Numbered from the whole stretch's first letter, positions 14,766 through 28,269 are shown. The stretch: 63,753 nucleotides of DNA, filler included, from Octopus bimaculoides (GCF_001194135.2; 6 parts of 5 records of this genome joined end to end with filler, not necessarily neighbours in it); one strand, 5' to 3'. Notes: a model not told the origin generated them from the sequence alone. Translations and numbers: made by a program.

Positions 14766-15741
14766 TGTATGTATGTATGTATGTATGTATGTATGTATGT
14801 ATGTATGTATCTGTCTGTCTAGGTATTTATCTATTTATCCACCAATCAGTGTAATTGTATGTATGTGTGTGGGTGTACATACTATGTTTTTTAAGATTTA
14901 GAAAATCAATTATTCTTAATTGAAAAATATCTTATATAAACTTACTGTTCCATATCCTCAATTCTTATGATAATTTTGCAACAGAAACCAAGATACAGTG
15001 ATTAAACAGAAACAATTATTATTCATTTTCCACAATGTTAATTATTTACTTACAAAAATTAAGTAGATGTGTTTTTTTTTGTTTTTTTTTTGTAAGAAAT
15101 ATTTATTATTCCTGATGATGATGATGATGATGATGAGTGAATATAAATTAATGATATTTGTAAAAATAATATACTGTCTATATTAGAAATGTATTTACTA
15201 AAGCAACTTTCATGAGAGTGGACAACTGTGTTTGTTGAAAAGTCTCTAAAATGTTATTGTTGTTGTTGATGTTGTTGTAGTTGACTTGTAATTTCACCAG
15301 GCTTGTAATTTCAGCTACTCTGACTGTAATGAGCCCATTTTTACTTTAGTCGTAGTGTAACTTTGTATATGTTATCCAATATGTGTATCCTTTCTTTAAG
15401 ATATTAATGTGTGGTTTGAGAGAGATTTGGAGGCTGCATAAACGATTTCTCATTGTTATTGTTAGTGGGGACATATAGTATTGGTAGTTGTGTGTTGTTC
15501 TTTTAACTGTAGGTCAGTTTTGATTTGGGAGAATCGTTTTCAAAGATATTCTAATTCTGACTTGAATGATTTTTTTTCAAGAGAGTTTATCTATAAATAT
15601 ATCATTCGAATATGCCTTTCTTGAGGGAAATTTCTACTTCCCTTCTATTTCTAAGCAAATTCTCTTTTTCTGCACCTCTTACACCAAAAGCAACCGTAGA
15701 TAGCAGCACCAACAGTTGCTAGTCAAATTTCACATGTATAC

Positions 15742-15773
<32 letters not shown>

Positions 15774-16011
15774 TAGATATATCCTGGATAGTAAAACTGC
15801 AAGTAATAAAAAGTGGTCTCCGTTGGTTTCAATGGATGTGAATTCAGTTGTTTGATCAACTGAATTACTCACCCATTTCAGTAACATTAAAGTGGTTGAG
15901 CATTCCACAATCACATGTACTATTAACATAATAACATAATACTGAAGCAGATTCAGCATGACACAATGTGTGATAAAGCTGTGGCTTCGAATTACAGGTA
16001 GAGGTTTCTGC

Positions 16012-16105
16012 ACAGTTTCCGTCTGCCCCATTTCACTCACAAAGCTTCGATCAATCTGAAGCAATAGTAAAAGACACTTAACAAAATGCCATGCAGTGAG
16101 ATTTA
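16012..16105 (-). mobile_element. SINE family B 5' head fragment
   Basis: cagtttccgtctgcccatttcactcacaaagc...aagacactt matches the reverse complement of the head consensus. Confidence 0.6.
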
Positions 16106-17554
16106 GCATATGACTTATTAATTCTCAGTTGAAATTCTCAATCATTCAACCATGCTTCATTGTAAACTGTATGGCATGTTTAACATTTTGAACAGCATTT
16201 AACATTTTGAACAGGTATCTATATCAAACCACATTTGTAAATGTAAAAATTGGCAACATCTCTTTGTAAAAGTTAAGTTTCAAGCAAAAACTGATGATGA
16301 TGGTGATGGAGATGATGGTGATTGTGACGTCCATGAAATCCAACCAGGTCTAATAGTAAGAGAACAGTAAAACATCGTCGAGTTCATAATCTTTTATATA
16401 CCCTTGATATATCAAAGTACTAAGTATTCACATTGTTATTTTGCTCTTAACACATTATTCCAAAAGACTTCCATTAAAAACGTGTACGTCTGTTAGTAGA
16501 TGAGATAGCTAAAATTGAATTTTATATTTCGTGGGAGCCCGGGTTATCTATCAGTGTTTTTTTTTATAGTTTCTATTGTTATCTAAATTTTATCCTTATC
16601 TTATTCTTATTATGGAACAGCGAAGCAATAAATAATTTAGTTTGCTTTTCAATGCACTGCTTAATGGGGTGAGATGGTGAGTTGAACAAAACTTAAAAAC
16701 GATGCAGACAAAGCAATAACGCATAGCTTTCTTTCTTTCTCCTTCTCTTCCTCTTTCTCTCTACCTTTCCCCCCTTTCTCTCACTCGCTTTTTTTGTCTT
16801 CCTTATCTTCCTCAAACTCCAAGGAGAAGCAAGTGTCCAGACGTTAAATTTTTCATCTCCCGCAGCATTTGAACTTATCAAACTCTTCTATGTTCTATTT
16901 GTTGCGAAAACTGACCACTACCAGTTTCGTTGGGATCTCGATGCAGCATTTATTTGCTTCTCTCTGAATCAAAATTTTCTTGTTCTATGATATTTGGTTG
17001 AAATTAATTCAGACCATTTATGAGGCAAAAGCTCTTCAGAAACTTATGACAAAAATCCCTCTGTCCCTTCCTCTATAAATTCAGTTACTTTGTGTCAAAC
17101 TGAGAAGTTATAACAGGCTTTTAAGAGGTCACGTCTCTTGATAACTTGACTACCTGTCGTTTCCCTTCCGTGTGGTGCTATTTTGGAAAAGACGATGGGA
17201 AAACAAAGACTGTGAATGTTACAGTAACTCGTCATTCCTTTCCATATAAGTTGTCTCTGTGATTCCATAAAGATAATATTACTATCAAGGATTGAGAGAA
17301 TTGGTAGTGTGGTGTACATAATGATTTGCAGTGTTTTTTTTTTTTTTGCATTTCTTTACGCTTTGAGTTCAAATTCCGTTGCAGTTGACTGCGTTTTTTC
17401 ATCTATCAAGTACAATACAATAAGTAACAGTAAGTCGATTACAACTGGTTTTCTTACAAAATTTGTTGGGTTTTTTTCCCTGTGTTTACAGATAATTATC
17501 ATTATCATTGAAGTGTAGACAGAAGCATTAGAGTGATAGACAAAATACCCATCC

Positions 17555-17660
17555 TTTCGAGATCGAAAAAATAAGTACCAGCTGAGAACTGGGGTCGATC
17601 TAATCGACATACACGTTTCCCCCGAATTTGTTGGCCATGTACCAAAATTTGAAACCAGTA
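17555..17660 (+). mobile_element. SINE family A 3' fragment
   Basis: catcctttcgagatcgaaaaaataagtaccagctgagaactggggtcgatctaatcgac. Confidence 0.65.
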
Positions 17661-17854
17661 TTGTTTCGGGTTCAAAACCTGCCAATGTCAATTTTAACTG
17701 TCGTTCTTCAAATTTCATAAAATTTAGCACATGCCAAGAACTCGGGCCAATATAACTGGCTAGTCTCCGCACCTACAGTTCTGCTTTTGTGCCCATGATG
17801 AAACTATTATTAAATGTCGAAAACAATCACTACAATTGAAAATGTTAAATACAC

Positions 17855-17908
<54 letters not shown>

Positions 17909-17919
17909 GGAAGCGGCGA

Positions 17920-19325
17920 GTTGGCAGCGATTTCTGGCCGGTGAGCGTGTGTGGGATTCGTTTCTGAGACTCGNNNNNNNNNNNNNNNNNNNNNNNNNNN
18001 NNNNNNNNNNNNNNNNNNNNNNNNNNNNNNNNNNNNNNNNNNNNNNNNNNNNNNNNNNNNNNNNNNNNNNNNNNNNNNNNNNNNNNNNNNNNNNNNNNNN
18101 NNNNNNNNNNNNNNNNNNNNNNNNNNNNNNNNNNNNNNNNNNNNNNNNNNNNNNNNNNNNNNNNNNNNNNNNNNNNNNNNNNNNNNNNNNNNNNNNNNNN
18201 NNNNNNNNNNNNNNNNNNNNNNNNNNNNNNNNNNNNNNNNNNNNNNNNNNNNNNNNNNNNNNNNNNNNNNNNNNNNNNNNNNNNNNNNNNNNNNNNNNNN
18301 NNNNNNNNNNNNNNNNNNNNNNNNNNNNNNNNNNNNNNNNNNNNNNNNNNNNNNNNNNNNNNNNNNNNNNNNNNNNNNNNNNNNNNNNNNNNNNNNNNNN
18401 NNNNNNNNNNNNNNNNNNNNNNNNNNNNNNNNNNNNNNNNNNNNNNNNNNNNNNNNNNNNNNNNNNNNNNNNNNNNNGGGAACTATCATGGATAATCTCC
18501 AGATGTCCTTGGCCTGGCAGTGATATCGGGGTGGGGTGGGGGTGCTACCGGTTCGAGATAAATCTTTACAGGTACGATGTGCTGTCGTACGGACGTGTCC
18601 GAATTGCGCGCATTAGTGAAACCGTTCTGCACGCACTCCTTCGGTTTTCGGGTATTTCTGGCATGTGGGGTTATGTTGAAAAGTTGCTGTCACGTGTGGG
18701 ATGGATCTGTCTGTCGACCGAGTCTGTAGGCATCATTTCCTCGCCGCCCTCCTTCAATCGAGCAGGCAAGGCAGATTTTCTTTGTCTCGTGGTTATGGCG
18801 AACGAGGTTATTTGGTGGACAAGGTTGAAAGGCATGAAGACAGATACATTCCTCTTTGATAGAGCTCTCAGTAACTTCTTCAAGTTTCACTTGAAAAGGA
18901 AATTGAGAGTGGAGAGGGAAGTGCTGTCCACGAGTGAGTTTATTGAAAGGTTGGTGAAAATTGCGAAAGTGGCAACAGTGGATGGTACCTTTCTCAATGT
19001 AGACCTGTTAAGTCGGAGTGAAGAAATTGAAGAAGGAACTTGCTCTTGGTGTTCAGGGAAATCTTGGACAGTGGGCTTCCTCAATTATCGTTAGAGGTCC
19101 TCCTGTATCAGGCGGGCCACATTTCTATCATTTTCGTCCCTTTTTTTTTAAACCTTTGTATACTATGTATATGTTCCTTCTTTTTCAGTGTACACTATCT
19201 ATGTTTACCCTTTTTTTTTTCATCATTTCATTATATTTAAACCACCACACTATATGTCTGTGTTTGTATTGTCCCCCTACAAGTGCAGATAAATGAAATT
19301 ATCATCATCATCATCTTTATTATTA
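17920..19325 (+). mobile_element. L1/Tx1-like LINE ORF2 C-terminus + 3' UTR (spans an N gap)
   Basis: 'MDNLQMSLAWQ*YRG', 'VLPVRDK', CCHC-like 'SETVLHALLRFSGISGMWGYVEKLL', hydrophobic 'FLCLVVMANEVIWWTR'; ends in an (ATC/ATT)n tail. Confidence 0.7.
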
Positions 19326-19413
19326 TTATTATTGTTCAGTAGTTTTATTTTTATAACGTGCTTTCACTTCACTACCGAGCGCAGCTCTGTGCACCTTGGG
19401 TATGTGCTGTCGT

Positions 19414-19513
19414 NNNNNNNNNNNNNNNNNNNNNNNNNNNNNNNNNNNNNNNNNNNNTTAATTAATTAANNNNNNNNNNNNNNNNNNNNNNNNNNNNNNN
19501 NNNNNNNNNNNNN
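19414..19513. other. Artificial scaffold-join spacer (44 N + TTAATTAATTAA + 44 N)
   Basis: Exact 100-bp structure; the 12-mer at 19458-19469 has stops in all six frames. Confidence 0.95.
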
Positions 19514-19544
19514 TATATATATATATATATGCATTTGTGCGTCT

Positions 19545-19733
19545 GTGTTTGTCACCCTATCATCGTTTGACAGCCGATATTGGTGTGCTTACGTGCTCGT
19601 AAATTAGCGGTTCGGCAAAATAATCCGATAGGCTTACAAAGAATAAGTGCTGGAGTCGATTTGTTCGACAAAAGCGGTACTCCAGCATGGCCACAGTCAA
19701 ATGACTAAAACAAATGAAAGAATAAAAGAATGC
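19545..19733 (+). mobile_element. SINE family B 3' body
   Basis: tttgtcaccctatcatcgtttgacagccgatattgg...ccagcatggccacagtcaaatgactaaaacaaatgaaagaataaaagaat. Confidence 0.8.
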
Positions 19734-19744
19734 TACCAGCAAAA

Positions 19745-21265
19745 GTTCACACAGAGATATTACCGGAAGTCCGATTCCCCTCATGCAGTGAAAATCGGCA
19801 AAAGGAGATGATATTGTAGCGCTTGAGATTCAACGGTTGAAAAGAGAAAGGAAGAAGAATGAGAGCAAAAGGCAGGGAGAGGAAGGTTATAAGTGGCGTA
19901 GGAAGGGAGAACAGAGGTAGAGAAGAAGACATGAAAGGCAGGGAGAGGGAGGAAGGTTTCTATGACACGAGGAATGAAAAGAGATAGAACAGATGAAACA
20001 GAGAGGGGAGGGGAAAAGGTAAAGTTAAGATCAGTGTGATGAAAGGGAGCCTCACTGCTGATTGGAAGTAACTGGCTATACTAAGAGACTGGTAGAGGTA
20101 AGTAATGAACGAAATGAATAGGGGTAGGGGTAGCAGAGGTGGAAGGTATGATGAGATACAAGGAAAATAGAGAATGAAAATGCTGCTGGCTTAGTAATAA
20201 ATAATAAGTAATGAGCTAAGTAATAAGGACCTATCCACAATTAGGATAAATCATAAATATTTTACATAAAGGGAAAGGTGGAATTAAAATTGTGTCTACG
20301 CGAGAAGATTACGTCAGAGAACCTATTGAGTATCAAAGTATTAAGATAGTGAAGGATGGCGAGCAATTTCCTGCGACACAAATTTCAAACACATTGGTTA
20401 TTAGTGGACAGAGAAGCCGCACAAACTATGAGCCAGGATAAAGTACAGGAAATATTCTAGGAGTTGGAGTGGCATATGTACGTAGCTAGGGAGGTAGAAA
20501 GCTTACAGGCTCTATTTGAGAACGAATTCATATGATCCCAGTAGTAACGTTTGAAATCAGCCGTGCCGCCGATGTTAACTCTAGCCTGATGGGAATATGG
20601 GGTTATTACGTATCATTTATATATGAAAGAAAAACCATCCGATAGATTTTCTCACTAGTGTATAGGATTAATCTGATCTGATTCATATGATCCGTTATCT
20701 CCCAATTAGAATCTGAAGAGTTTTCATGACTGGTAAGAGGCCGGAAAAGGATGTCACCGCTGTCATATGTGTTAGGTACTAGTACAAGGGGTGGTGGTAC
20801 CAAGATTGATATTATTGACTTGGGGAGAGTTTTGAAAGTTCACAGTATTAGCATTTAGCGGATTAGGGTGAGATTCAGGTGGAGCGTTCGTAAGCTCCAC
20901 AGTAAGGCGGATTAATATACGCATATTAGAAGTGGCAATTATAGATCCCAAGTTTGGTGTTGTAGAGTCTGGAGATTTTAATCGAAGATTCATCAAAGAT
21001 GCGGTTGTATTAATGGTGGTTAGGAGTATATGATTCTCTTCGATCCAGTAATCCGAGGCTTGCAATCAGCTTACAGTAGAGGTCGCTGTTATCCTTAAAA
21101 TCATTCCTATGAGCGTATTTCCACTAAGTTCCTTAGATATGAGATTAGTGTACATATCAATCGGGAGGGTGCGGGAGCCGGAATTATGGTAATATCTCTG
21201 CGTAACTCTTTACTTCTTACATACCCGAAAATTTTCCTAAGTCTGAGCTTCCTGAAACAGTTGTA
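19745..21265 (-). mobile_element. Penelope-like element remnant with a GIY-YIG endonuclease C-terminus
   Basis: Minus translation at ~20585-20280: 'VNIGGTADFKRYYWDHMNSFSNRACKLSTSLATYI...LSWLIV...NLCRRKLLAILHYLNTLILNR...RH' fits PLE GIY-YIG (YIG.T...FK.R...H..SF...T.L..YIW...W...C.LC...LN). A pyrimidine-rich tract follows. Confidence 0.7.
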
Positions 21266-21365
21266 TTCACTTAGTTTTCGATAGTTTTGAATGCTCTATG
21301 TAAATGTGCTTGTCTAAATTTATATGTATATATGTAAATATTTCTGAAGACAAATGGATATAGAT

Positions 21366-21370
21366 CTGTA

Positions 21371-21444
<74 letters not shown>

Positions 21445-21453
21445 AGTCTGTCA

Positions 21454-21550
<97 letters not shown>
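21366..21550. repeat. (TCTG)n-(TCTA)n compound tetranucleotide repeat
   Basis: Read directly. Confidence 0.95.
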
Positions 21551-21551
<1 letters not shown>

Positions 21552-21723
21552 ATTTCAAGCCCCATTGTGTTTATCTACATTACAACTTCCACATCTGCTG
21601 GCCTTGGATTTCTCTTGAACGCTGTGGACGTAGTTTAATTCAAATTTATTTGAGCACTACTAAGTTTCCTTTACTGAACACATGCAGCTCTCACTTTTTG
21701 TTTGTGTGAATATATATATATAA

Positions 21724-21889
21724 AGGCGCAGGAGTGGTTGTGTGGTAAGTAGCTTGCTTACCGACCACATGTTTCCGAGTTCAGTCCCACTGCGTGTCAC
21801 CTTGAACAAGTGTCTTTAACTATAGCCTCAAGCTAACCAAAGCCTTGTGAGTGGATTTGGTAGACGGAAACTGAGAGAGGCCCGTCGTA

Positions 21890-21892
<3 letters not shown>
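21724..21892 (+). mobile_element. SINE family B 5' tRNA-like head
   Basis: ggcgcaggagtggttgtgtggtaagtagcttgc...ccgagttcagtcccactgcg (A/B-box-like); runs into (TA)n and a gap. Confidence 0.8.
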
Positions 21893-21922
<30 letters not shown>

Positions 21923-22882
21923 NNNNNNNNNNNNNNNNNNNNNNNNNNNNNNNNNNNNNNNNNNNNNNNNNNNNNNNNNNNNNNNNNNNNNNNNNNNNNN
22001 NNNNNNNNNNNNNNNNNNNNNNNNNNNNNNNNNNNNNNNNNNNNNNNNNNNNNNNNNNNNNNNNNNNNNNNNNNNNNNNNNNNNNNNNNNNNNNNNNNNN
22101 NNNNNNNNNNNNNNNNNNNNNNNNNNNNNNNNNNNNNNNNNNNNNNNNNNNNNNNNNNNNNNNNNNNNNNNNNNNNNNNNNNNNNNNNNNNNNNNNNNNN
22201 NNNNNNNNNNNNNNNNNNNNNNNNNNNNNNNNNNNNNNNNNNNNNNNNNNNNNNNNNNNNNNNNNNNNNNNNNNNNNNNNNNNNNNNNNNNNNNNNNNNN
22301 NNNNNNNNNNNNNNNNNNNNNNNNNNNNNNNNNNNNNNNNNNNNNNNNNNNNNNNNNNNNNNNNNNNNNNNNNNNNNNNNNNNNNNNNNNNNNNNNNNNN
22401 NNNNNNNNNNNNNNNNNNNNNNNNNNNNNNNNNNNNNNNNNNNNNNNNNNNNNNNNNNNNNNNNNNNNNNNNNNNNNNNNNNNNNNNNNNNNNNNNNNNN
22501 NNNNNNNNNNNNNNNNNNNNNNNNNNNNNNNNNNNNNNNNNNNNNNNNNNNNNNNNNNNNNNNNNNNNNNNNNNNNNNNNNNNNNNNNNNNNNNNNNNNN
22601 NNNNNNNNNNNNNNNNNNNNNNNNNNNNNNNNNNNNNNNNNNNNNNNNNNNNNNNNNNNNNNNNNNNNNNNNNNNNNNNNNNNNNNNNNNNNNNNNNNNN
22701 NNNNNNNNNNNNNNNNNNNNNNNNNNNNNNNNNNNNNNNNNNNNNNNNNNNNNNNNNNNNNNNNNNNNNNNNNNNNNNNNNNNNNNNNNNNNNNNNNNNN
22801 NNNNNNNNNNNNNNNNNNNNNNNNNNNNNNNNNNNNNNNNNNNNNNNNNNNNNNNNNNNNNNNNNNNNNNNNNNNNNNNNNN

Positions 22883-22936
<54 letters not shown>

Positions 22937-23630
22937 AGTAATAAAGCAAAGAATTGAAAGCCCTCTAAGGTATTTAGAATTTCAAGCTTTCGAAACTACG
23001 GTTTAATACGTTTTGCTCTATTCATCGTCCAGTCTTTGTTCTAACCACACGTCACCTTTTCCTATACCAAAAGAAATCAATAGCAACACTATTAAGCATG
23101 GAATTCTTCGACCGCTCTTGGAAGCAAAACAGGTGTCTCAATAATAAACACCCATTGTAAGACCATTTACCTTTAACGGATATCTGTTTCTATTTTCGAC
23201 ATTCTTTTTCAATATCTGAATGTCGTTTGTTACCATAGTTTTAAGAACAAGACCTTAATCTGCCAATGGTTTTATTTAAATTAATAACCAGGTGGTTACC
23301 ATTTGTTTTTGTATATTTATTGGTAATTGTATAGGGAGTAGTTTCGCGTATTAATTATCCAAAAAATTTGTTTTGTGCCTACAATATTAATATGGAGAAA
23401 AATAATTCAATAATTCATTATATCAGAAAAACAATTTCTAATGTTGTTGAGCCCATTGAAACCCTAACAGAATGTGATACATTTGCTCCGTAAAGAGGGC
23501 TCTATATACTGCTATATGAAAGGTTAGACAATAGTATAATCAGAATACTGATTTCGCTGAGTCAATGTACCCTGATATGAATATATAATCTGGATTATAT
23601 TTTCACTTTTCAAATAAAGTAGCTTTTTTT

Positions 23631-24007
23631 TTTACTCTTGTTTCAGTCATTTGACTGTGGCCATGCTGGAGCACCGCCTTTTAATCGAGAAAAATCGACC
23701 TCAGGACTTATTCCTTGTAAGCCTAGTACTTATTCTATCGGTCTCTTTTGCTGAACCGCTAAGTTACGGAGACGTAAACACACCAACATATGTGGTCAAG
23801 CGATGTTGGGGGAACAAACACACATATATATATATACATATATACGACGGGCTTGTTTCAGTTTCCGTCTACCAAATCCACTCACAAGGTTTTGGTCGGC
23901 CCGAGGCTATAGTAGAAGACACTTGCCCAAGGTGCCACGCAGTGGGACTGAACCCGAAACCATGTGGTTGGTAAGCAAGCTACTTACCACACAGCCACTC
24001 CTGCGCC
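23631..24007 (-). mobile_element. Full-length SINE family B (head + short internal microsatellite + 3' body)
   Basis: Complete reverse-strand copy from ggcgcaggagtggctgtgtggtaag to ...actgaaacaagagtaaaaa. Confidence 0.9.
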
Positions 24008-25257
24008 TATGTGCAGGTACTTGTACTGTTTGGACAGTTTATAGTCGGCAATTGCAGGAAAGACGAGGGTAGGATAGTGTCCACTTGATAGAAGTCCTAG
24101 GAAAGAACGACCAGGAAGAAATATTTAGGGCGGGATCTAGAAAATGTTAAACAAACAATAGTCGACGAGGTGAGATAAATTTGTTAAGTGAACCTGAATT
24201 CAGGAGTCATTCATTTAGCTGTTTCAGATCTATGTATCAACAAGTATTGGCTGTTGCAGAAGTAGTAGATAGGTAGATAAATGAAGCAAAATGCTTGTGT
24301 TATTTGCAGTCTATTGGCCAAATGAATCGTTTCTGAACAACCTGAAGATTTTGTTTTGGATGTAATAATCGTCTGTTAGTGTCAGTAACAGTAGGACAGT
24401 CTTATGTATGGGAACTGTACACCATTTCTGTAAACATGGTTTTAAAGACATATATTTAAATGTATAATGTCTTTCTACTATTTAAAGTTTTAAAAGTTAA
24501 AAACTTCAATAAACAATGTTGTATTTCAATAACGATAAGAATTATGTTAAAGAACAGAAGATAAATTTCAGAAGCGGTTTAACCAGTAGACAGATTTAAA
24601 GTTTGAATATGTCACTGAGAATGTTCTCTTCGATAAGAAGTCACTAAAAATGTTGTAGGATTTAAATATGGAAATTTTTAAAAGATTATTTGGATGTTTT
24701 AAAGTATTATCAATTGAAAGTTATGTTTTGAGCAAAGCTTTAATGAGGTTATGCAATAAGATATTCATATGCGATGTGGTAAGAGTGAAAGAAAGCGTTC
24801 AGCAGTGAAATATAGTCAGATGTAAAGGAGCGTGTTACAAGTTAGTCTGATCAGGCAAAAACTAATTCACTAAGTTTGTTTTCTTGAGGATCAGTGATGT
24901 TAAATGTTTTGAATAAAAATTCATTGGAATTTATGTGTTCATGGTGAGATAGAAACATTTTATTTATGATTGTCAAAATGAAAAGAAAATATATAAAGTA
25001 AGCAGGAAGAACTCACAAGTAAAGAAAATGTATGTATCTAGGAGGATCTTCCCCAATTTGAGTCGATAGTATTGTACGTGAAAGGATTGAATCAGAGTGA
25101 GGATGGGGAAAGTAAATAAGAGGGTACAGAATCATTGTAAACTGCTGCAAGATTGAAAACAACTTACAAAGAATTAGTGCATTGTAGGTGTGAGATATGT
25201 TTGGGAAACGTTGGATTTGTATCAAAATATGGAACTTTAAATTCTATATTGCACGTG

Positions 25258-25459
25258 AGACAATTGTACTTGTTTCAGTCATTAGATTGCGGCCATGCTG
25301 GGGTACTGCCTCGAATGAATCAACTCTAGTACATAATCTTTCAAGGCTTGGTACTTATCCAATCGGTCACTTTTACTGAACCATTAGGTTAAGGGGACGT
25401 AAATACCGGTGGTCCAGTGATGGTAGGGGAAAGAAACGCAGACACAAAGACACGCACGT

Positions 25460-25496
<37 letters not shown>

Positions 25497-25640
25497 TACA
25501 CACACACACCGTACTTCTTTCAGTTTCCGTATCCCAAATACACTCACAAGGCTTTAGTAAAAGACACCTGTTCAAGATGTCGCGCAGTTGAACTGAACCC
25601 GGAACTGCGTGGTTCGAAATCAAGCTTGTTATCATACGGC
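25258..25640 (-). mobile_element. SINE family B, diverged full-length copy
   Basis: Head (25500-25640), (CA)n and body (25258-25440) are collinear with 23631-24007. Confidence 0.75.
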
Positions 25641-26204
25641 CACAATTGATAACAACTGATGGCTATTGACAAGTCTTGATATGTAAAACTCGATAAACCA
25701 GCAGAGTTTAGTATAGAATAACTCAGGATACTTGTTTCGGATTTCTGCGCTCTGTGTTCAAATCACACTAACGCTAACGTTGCCTTACATACTTCCGACA
25801 TCAATAAAAATATGTACGAATGCAGTAAAATAACAGTGAGCAGGCGGAATAATTGGGATAATTGTCTTATGGCAGTTCTTCCGGTTCTCTGTGTTCTGAT
25901 CGAAACGTCAGTGGTGACACTCGAGCCATGCAGAATTGGGCTTGATTTGTCCTTAGATATCATCGTAGTTGTAGGGAGGAAAGTTTGTATGTATCGGCAA
26001 CTGTTAGCCTTCCATACAAAAACCTTTTCCTCGTCTAACACTTTGGAGAGGAACGCTTTCGATGCATTTTTATCCATGGACCGATGACGACCTTACTTTA
26101 TTGCTAAGAAGTAATAATATTTTCATTATGTCAACTTAGCAATGGATTTTGATAGGATTCCACATTTTAAAATTTAATCAGAAATTAAAATTTTATTTCT
26201 TTAT

Positions 26205-26415
26205 TGCCCACAGGAAGCTAAACATAGAGGGGATAAACAAGGACAGACAAGGGGATTGTGTCGATCACATCAACCCCAGTGATTAACTGGTACTTATTTA
26301 ATCGACCCTGAAAGGATGAAAGGCAAAGTCAACCTCGGCGGAATTTGAACTCAGAACGCAACGGCAGACGAAATACCTCTAGGCACTTCACCCGGCGGGC
26401 TAACGTTTCTGCAAG
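26205..26415 (-). mobile_element. SINE family A
   Basis: ggcaaagtcaacctcggcggaatttgaactcagaacgcaacggcagacgaaatacc...aacgtttctgc. Confidence 0.85.
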
Positions 26416-27009
26416 AAATGAAAATTAAAATGTGAATGAGTGTTTTATAACCATTGTTATAATATTTAAGAGAGCTAGATCTAGATTGACAATGTAAAAA
26501 TTGCTATTGAGAAGTTTCATATATAAGGATGAGACAACTAACATTCTGATTTCAATATATGTATNNNNNNNNNNNNNNNNNNNNNNNNNNNNNNNNNNNN
26601 NNNNNNNNNNNNNNNNNNNNNNNNNNNNNNNNNNNNNNNNNNNNNNNNNNNNNNNNNNNNNNNNNNNNNNNNNNNNNNNNNNNNNNNNNNNNNNNNNNNN
26701 NNNNNNNNNNNNNNNNNNNNNNNNNNNNNNNNNNNNNNNNNNNNNNNNNNNNNNNNNNNNNNNNNNNNNNNNNNNNNNNNNNNNNNNNNNNNNNNNNNNN
26801 NNNNNNNNNNNNNNNNNNNNNNNNNNNNNNNNNNNNNNNNNNNNNNNNNNNNNATATATATATATATATATATGCATGTATATATACACATATATACATA
26901 TATACATATATATATACACATATATATATGTATGTTTGTATGTATGTATAAATGCATATGTGTATATGTATAGATACACACACATGCACATGCACAGAGG
27001 CATACATAT

Positions 27010-27180
27010 AAATATAACTGCACGTGGACTGTTGGCGATGTTTCCCTATTCTTCCTTCTTTCTCTTTGGACTTTCCTGTTTTTGCCGAGGAGCAATACTC
27101 GAAACGTTAACAACAACTCTCTTCTTTCACAGAGCGTCAAATTAATATATTGCTTTTGCACGTTCTCACGTTTGTTTTTC
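27010..27180 (+). repeat. ~200-bp dispersed repeat with a minimal hammerhead-like core
   Basis: gttggcgatgtttccc...tttgccgaggagcaatactcgaaacgtt; homologous to 6335-6535 and 28270-28460. Confidence 0.55.
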
Positions 27181-27218
27181 TTTTTTTTTTTCACTGTTTT
27201 TTTCTTTGCTTTGACCGT

Positions 27219-28170
27219 GTACAACCAGCCGAAATTGCAAAGATAATCTGGAACTCAACAAGAGAAAGAAAACTCCGAATGACCCATCTTTGTTTTCTTT
27301 GTATCGTCTATCTGGATGTTTTGTTCTCCCCTTTTCGGTATCACCTAACTGTCTGGATGTTTTGCGTTCTTGTTCCACTTTGTATTTGTTATACATATAT
27401 ATATAGAGGTGTACGTACACTTTGGTTCCTTATATGTAAGTATATATTTATCTAAATCTTGTACGACTCTATTCTTCGTTTCTTTTATTCTTTCCTTCTT
27501 TCTATCAGCCCTTTCACGCTTACTTCGTTCATTCCACACTTCGTTCTTTCGTTCCCCCTCTCTCACATTTCCTTGCTTTCTCTTCATGCTCACTTTCCCT
27601 CCTATCTTCACTTCACTGTGCCCCTGTTATTTTTTTCTCGCCCTTCCTTATTCTGTCCCTCTGCCTCTATCTCTCTCTCTTCTCTCCCCACGTGACCGGT
27701 GTTCGGCCAAGCCTAACCTTTCTTTCTTGGTTCGGCCGTTGTCCGTGCAACATCTATATTCCTCCCTGTGATTATGAAATCTTGTACCCCTGCCGTAAGG
27801 TTTTACTTCCACACACGCCAGCTTAATTTTATTCGTCCTCAGTCGAAAGACACCTGTAGTTATGACCTGCTATTTGTATTTGTGTAACATTCTCCGTTTT
27901 TTTGCCGTCCTTGTTTTTGCATACATTCGCTGCTTTCTTCCAAACAATCTAATGCTCTTAGCTTAGTTTTTCCTTGGGGCTGGCCAGATTTTATAAAATC
28001 TCGAGTGTAACCAGCCAAAATTGCAAAGATAATCTGGAACTCGACTAAGAAAAGAAAACTCCGAATGATCCATCCTTGTTTTCTTTGTATCGTCTATCAG
28101 GATGTTTTGTAGTCCCCTTTTTCATATCACCGAACTGTCTGGATGTTTTGCGTTCTTGTCCCATTTTGTA
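27219..28170 (+). mobile_element. Non-coding element: ~786-bp period with direct terminal repeats (copy 1)
   Basis: ttgcaaagataatctggaactc occurs at 27235 and 28021; the whole unit aligns with 45431-46408. Confidence 0.8.
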
Positions 28171-28183
28171 TTTTACACACACG

Positions 28184-28226
<43 letters not shown>

Positions 28227-28269
28227 GCATACATATATATATATATATACATACATATATATAGTAAAT

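Noticed and set aside
17814-19094. 426-aa ORF as a host gene
   Set aside because: Chimera of an (ATT)n repeat, an N gap and a frameshifted L1/Tx1 C-terminus
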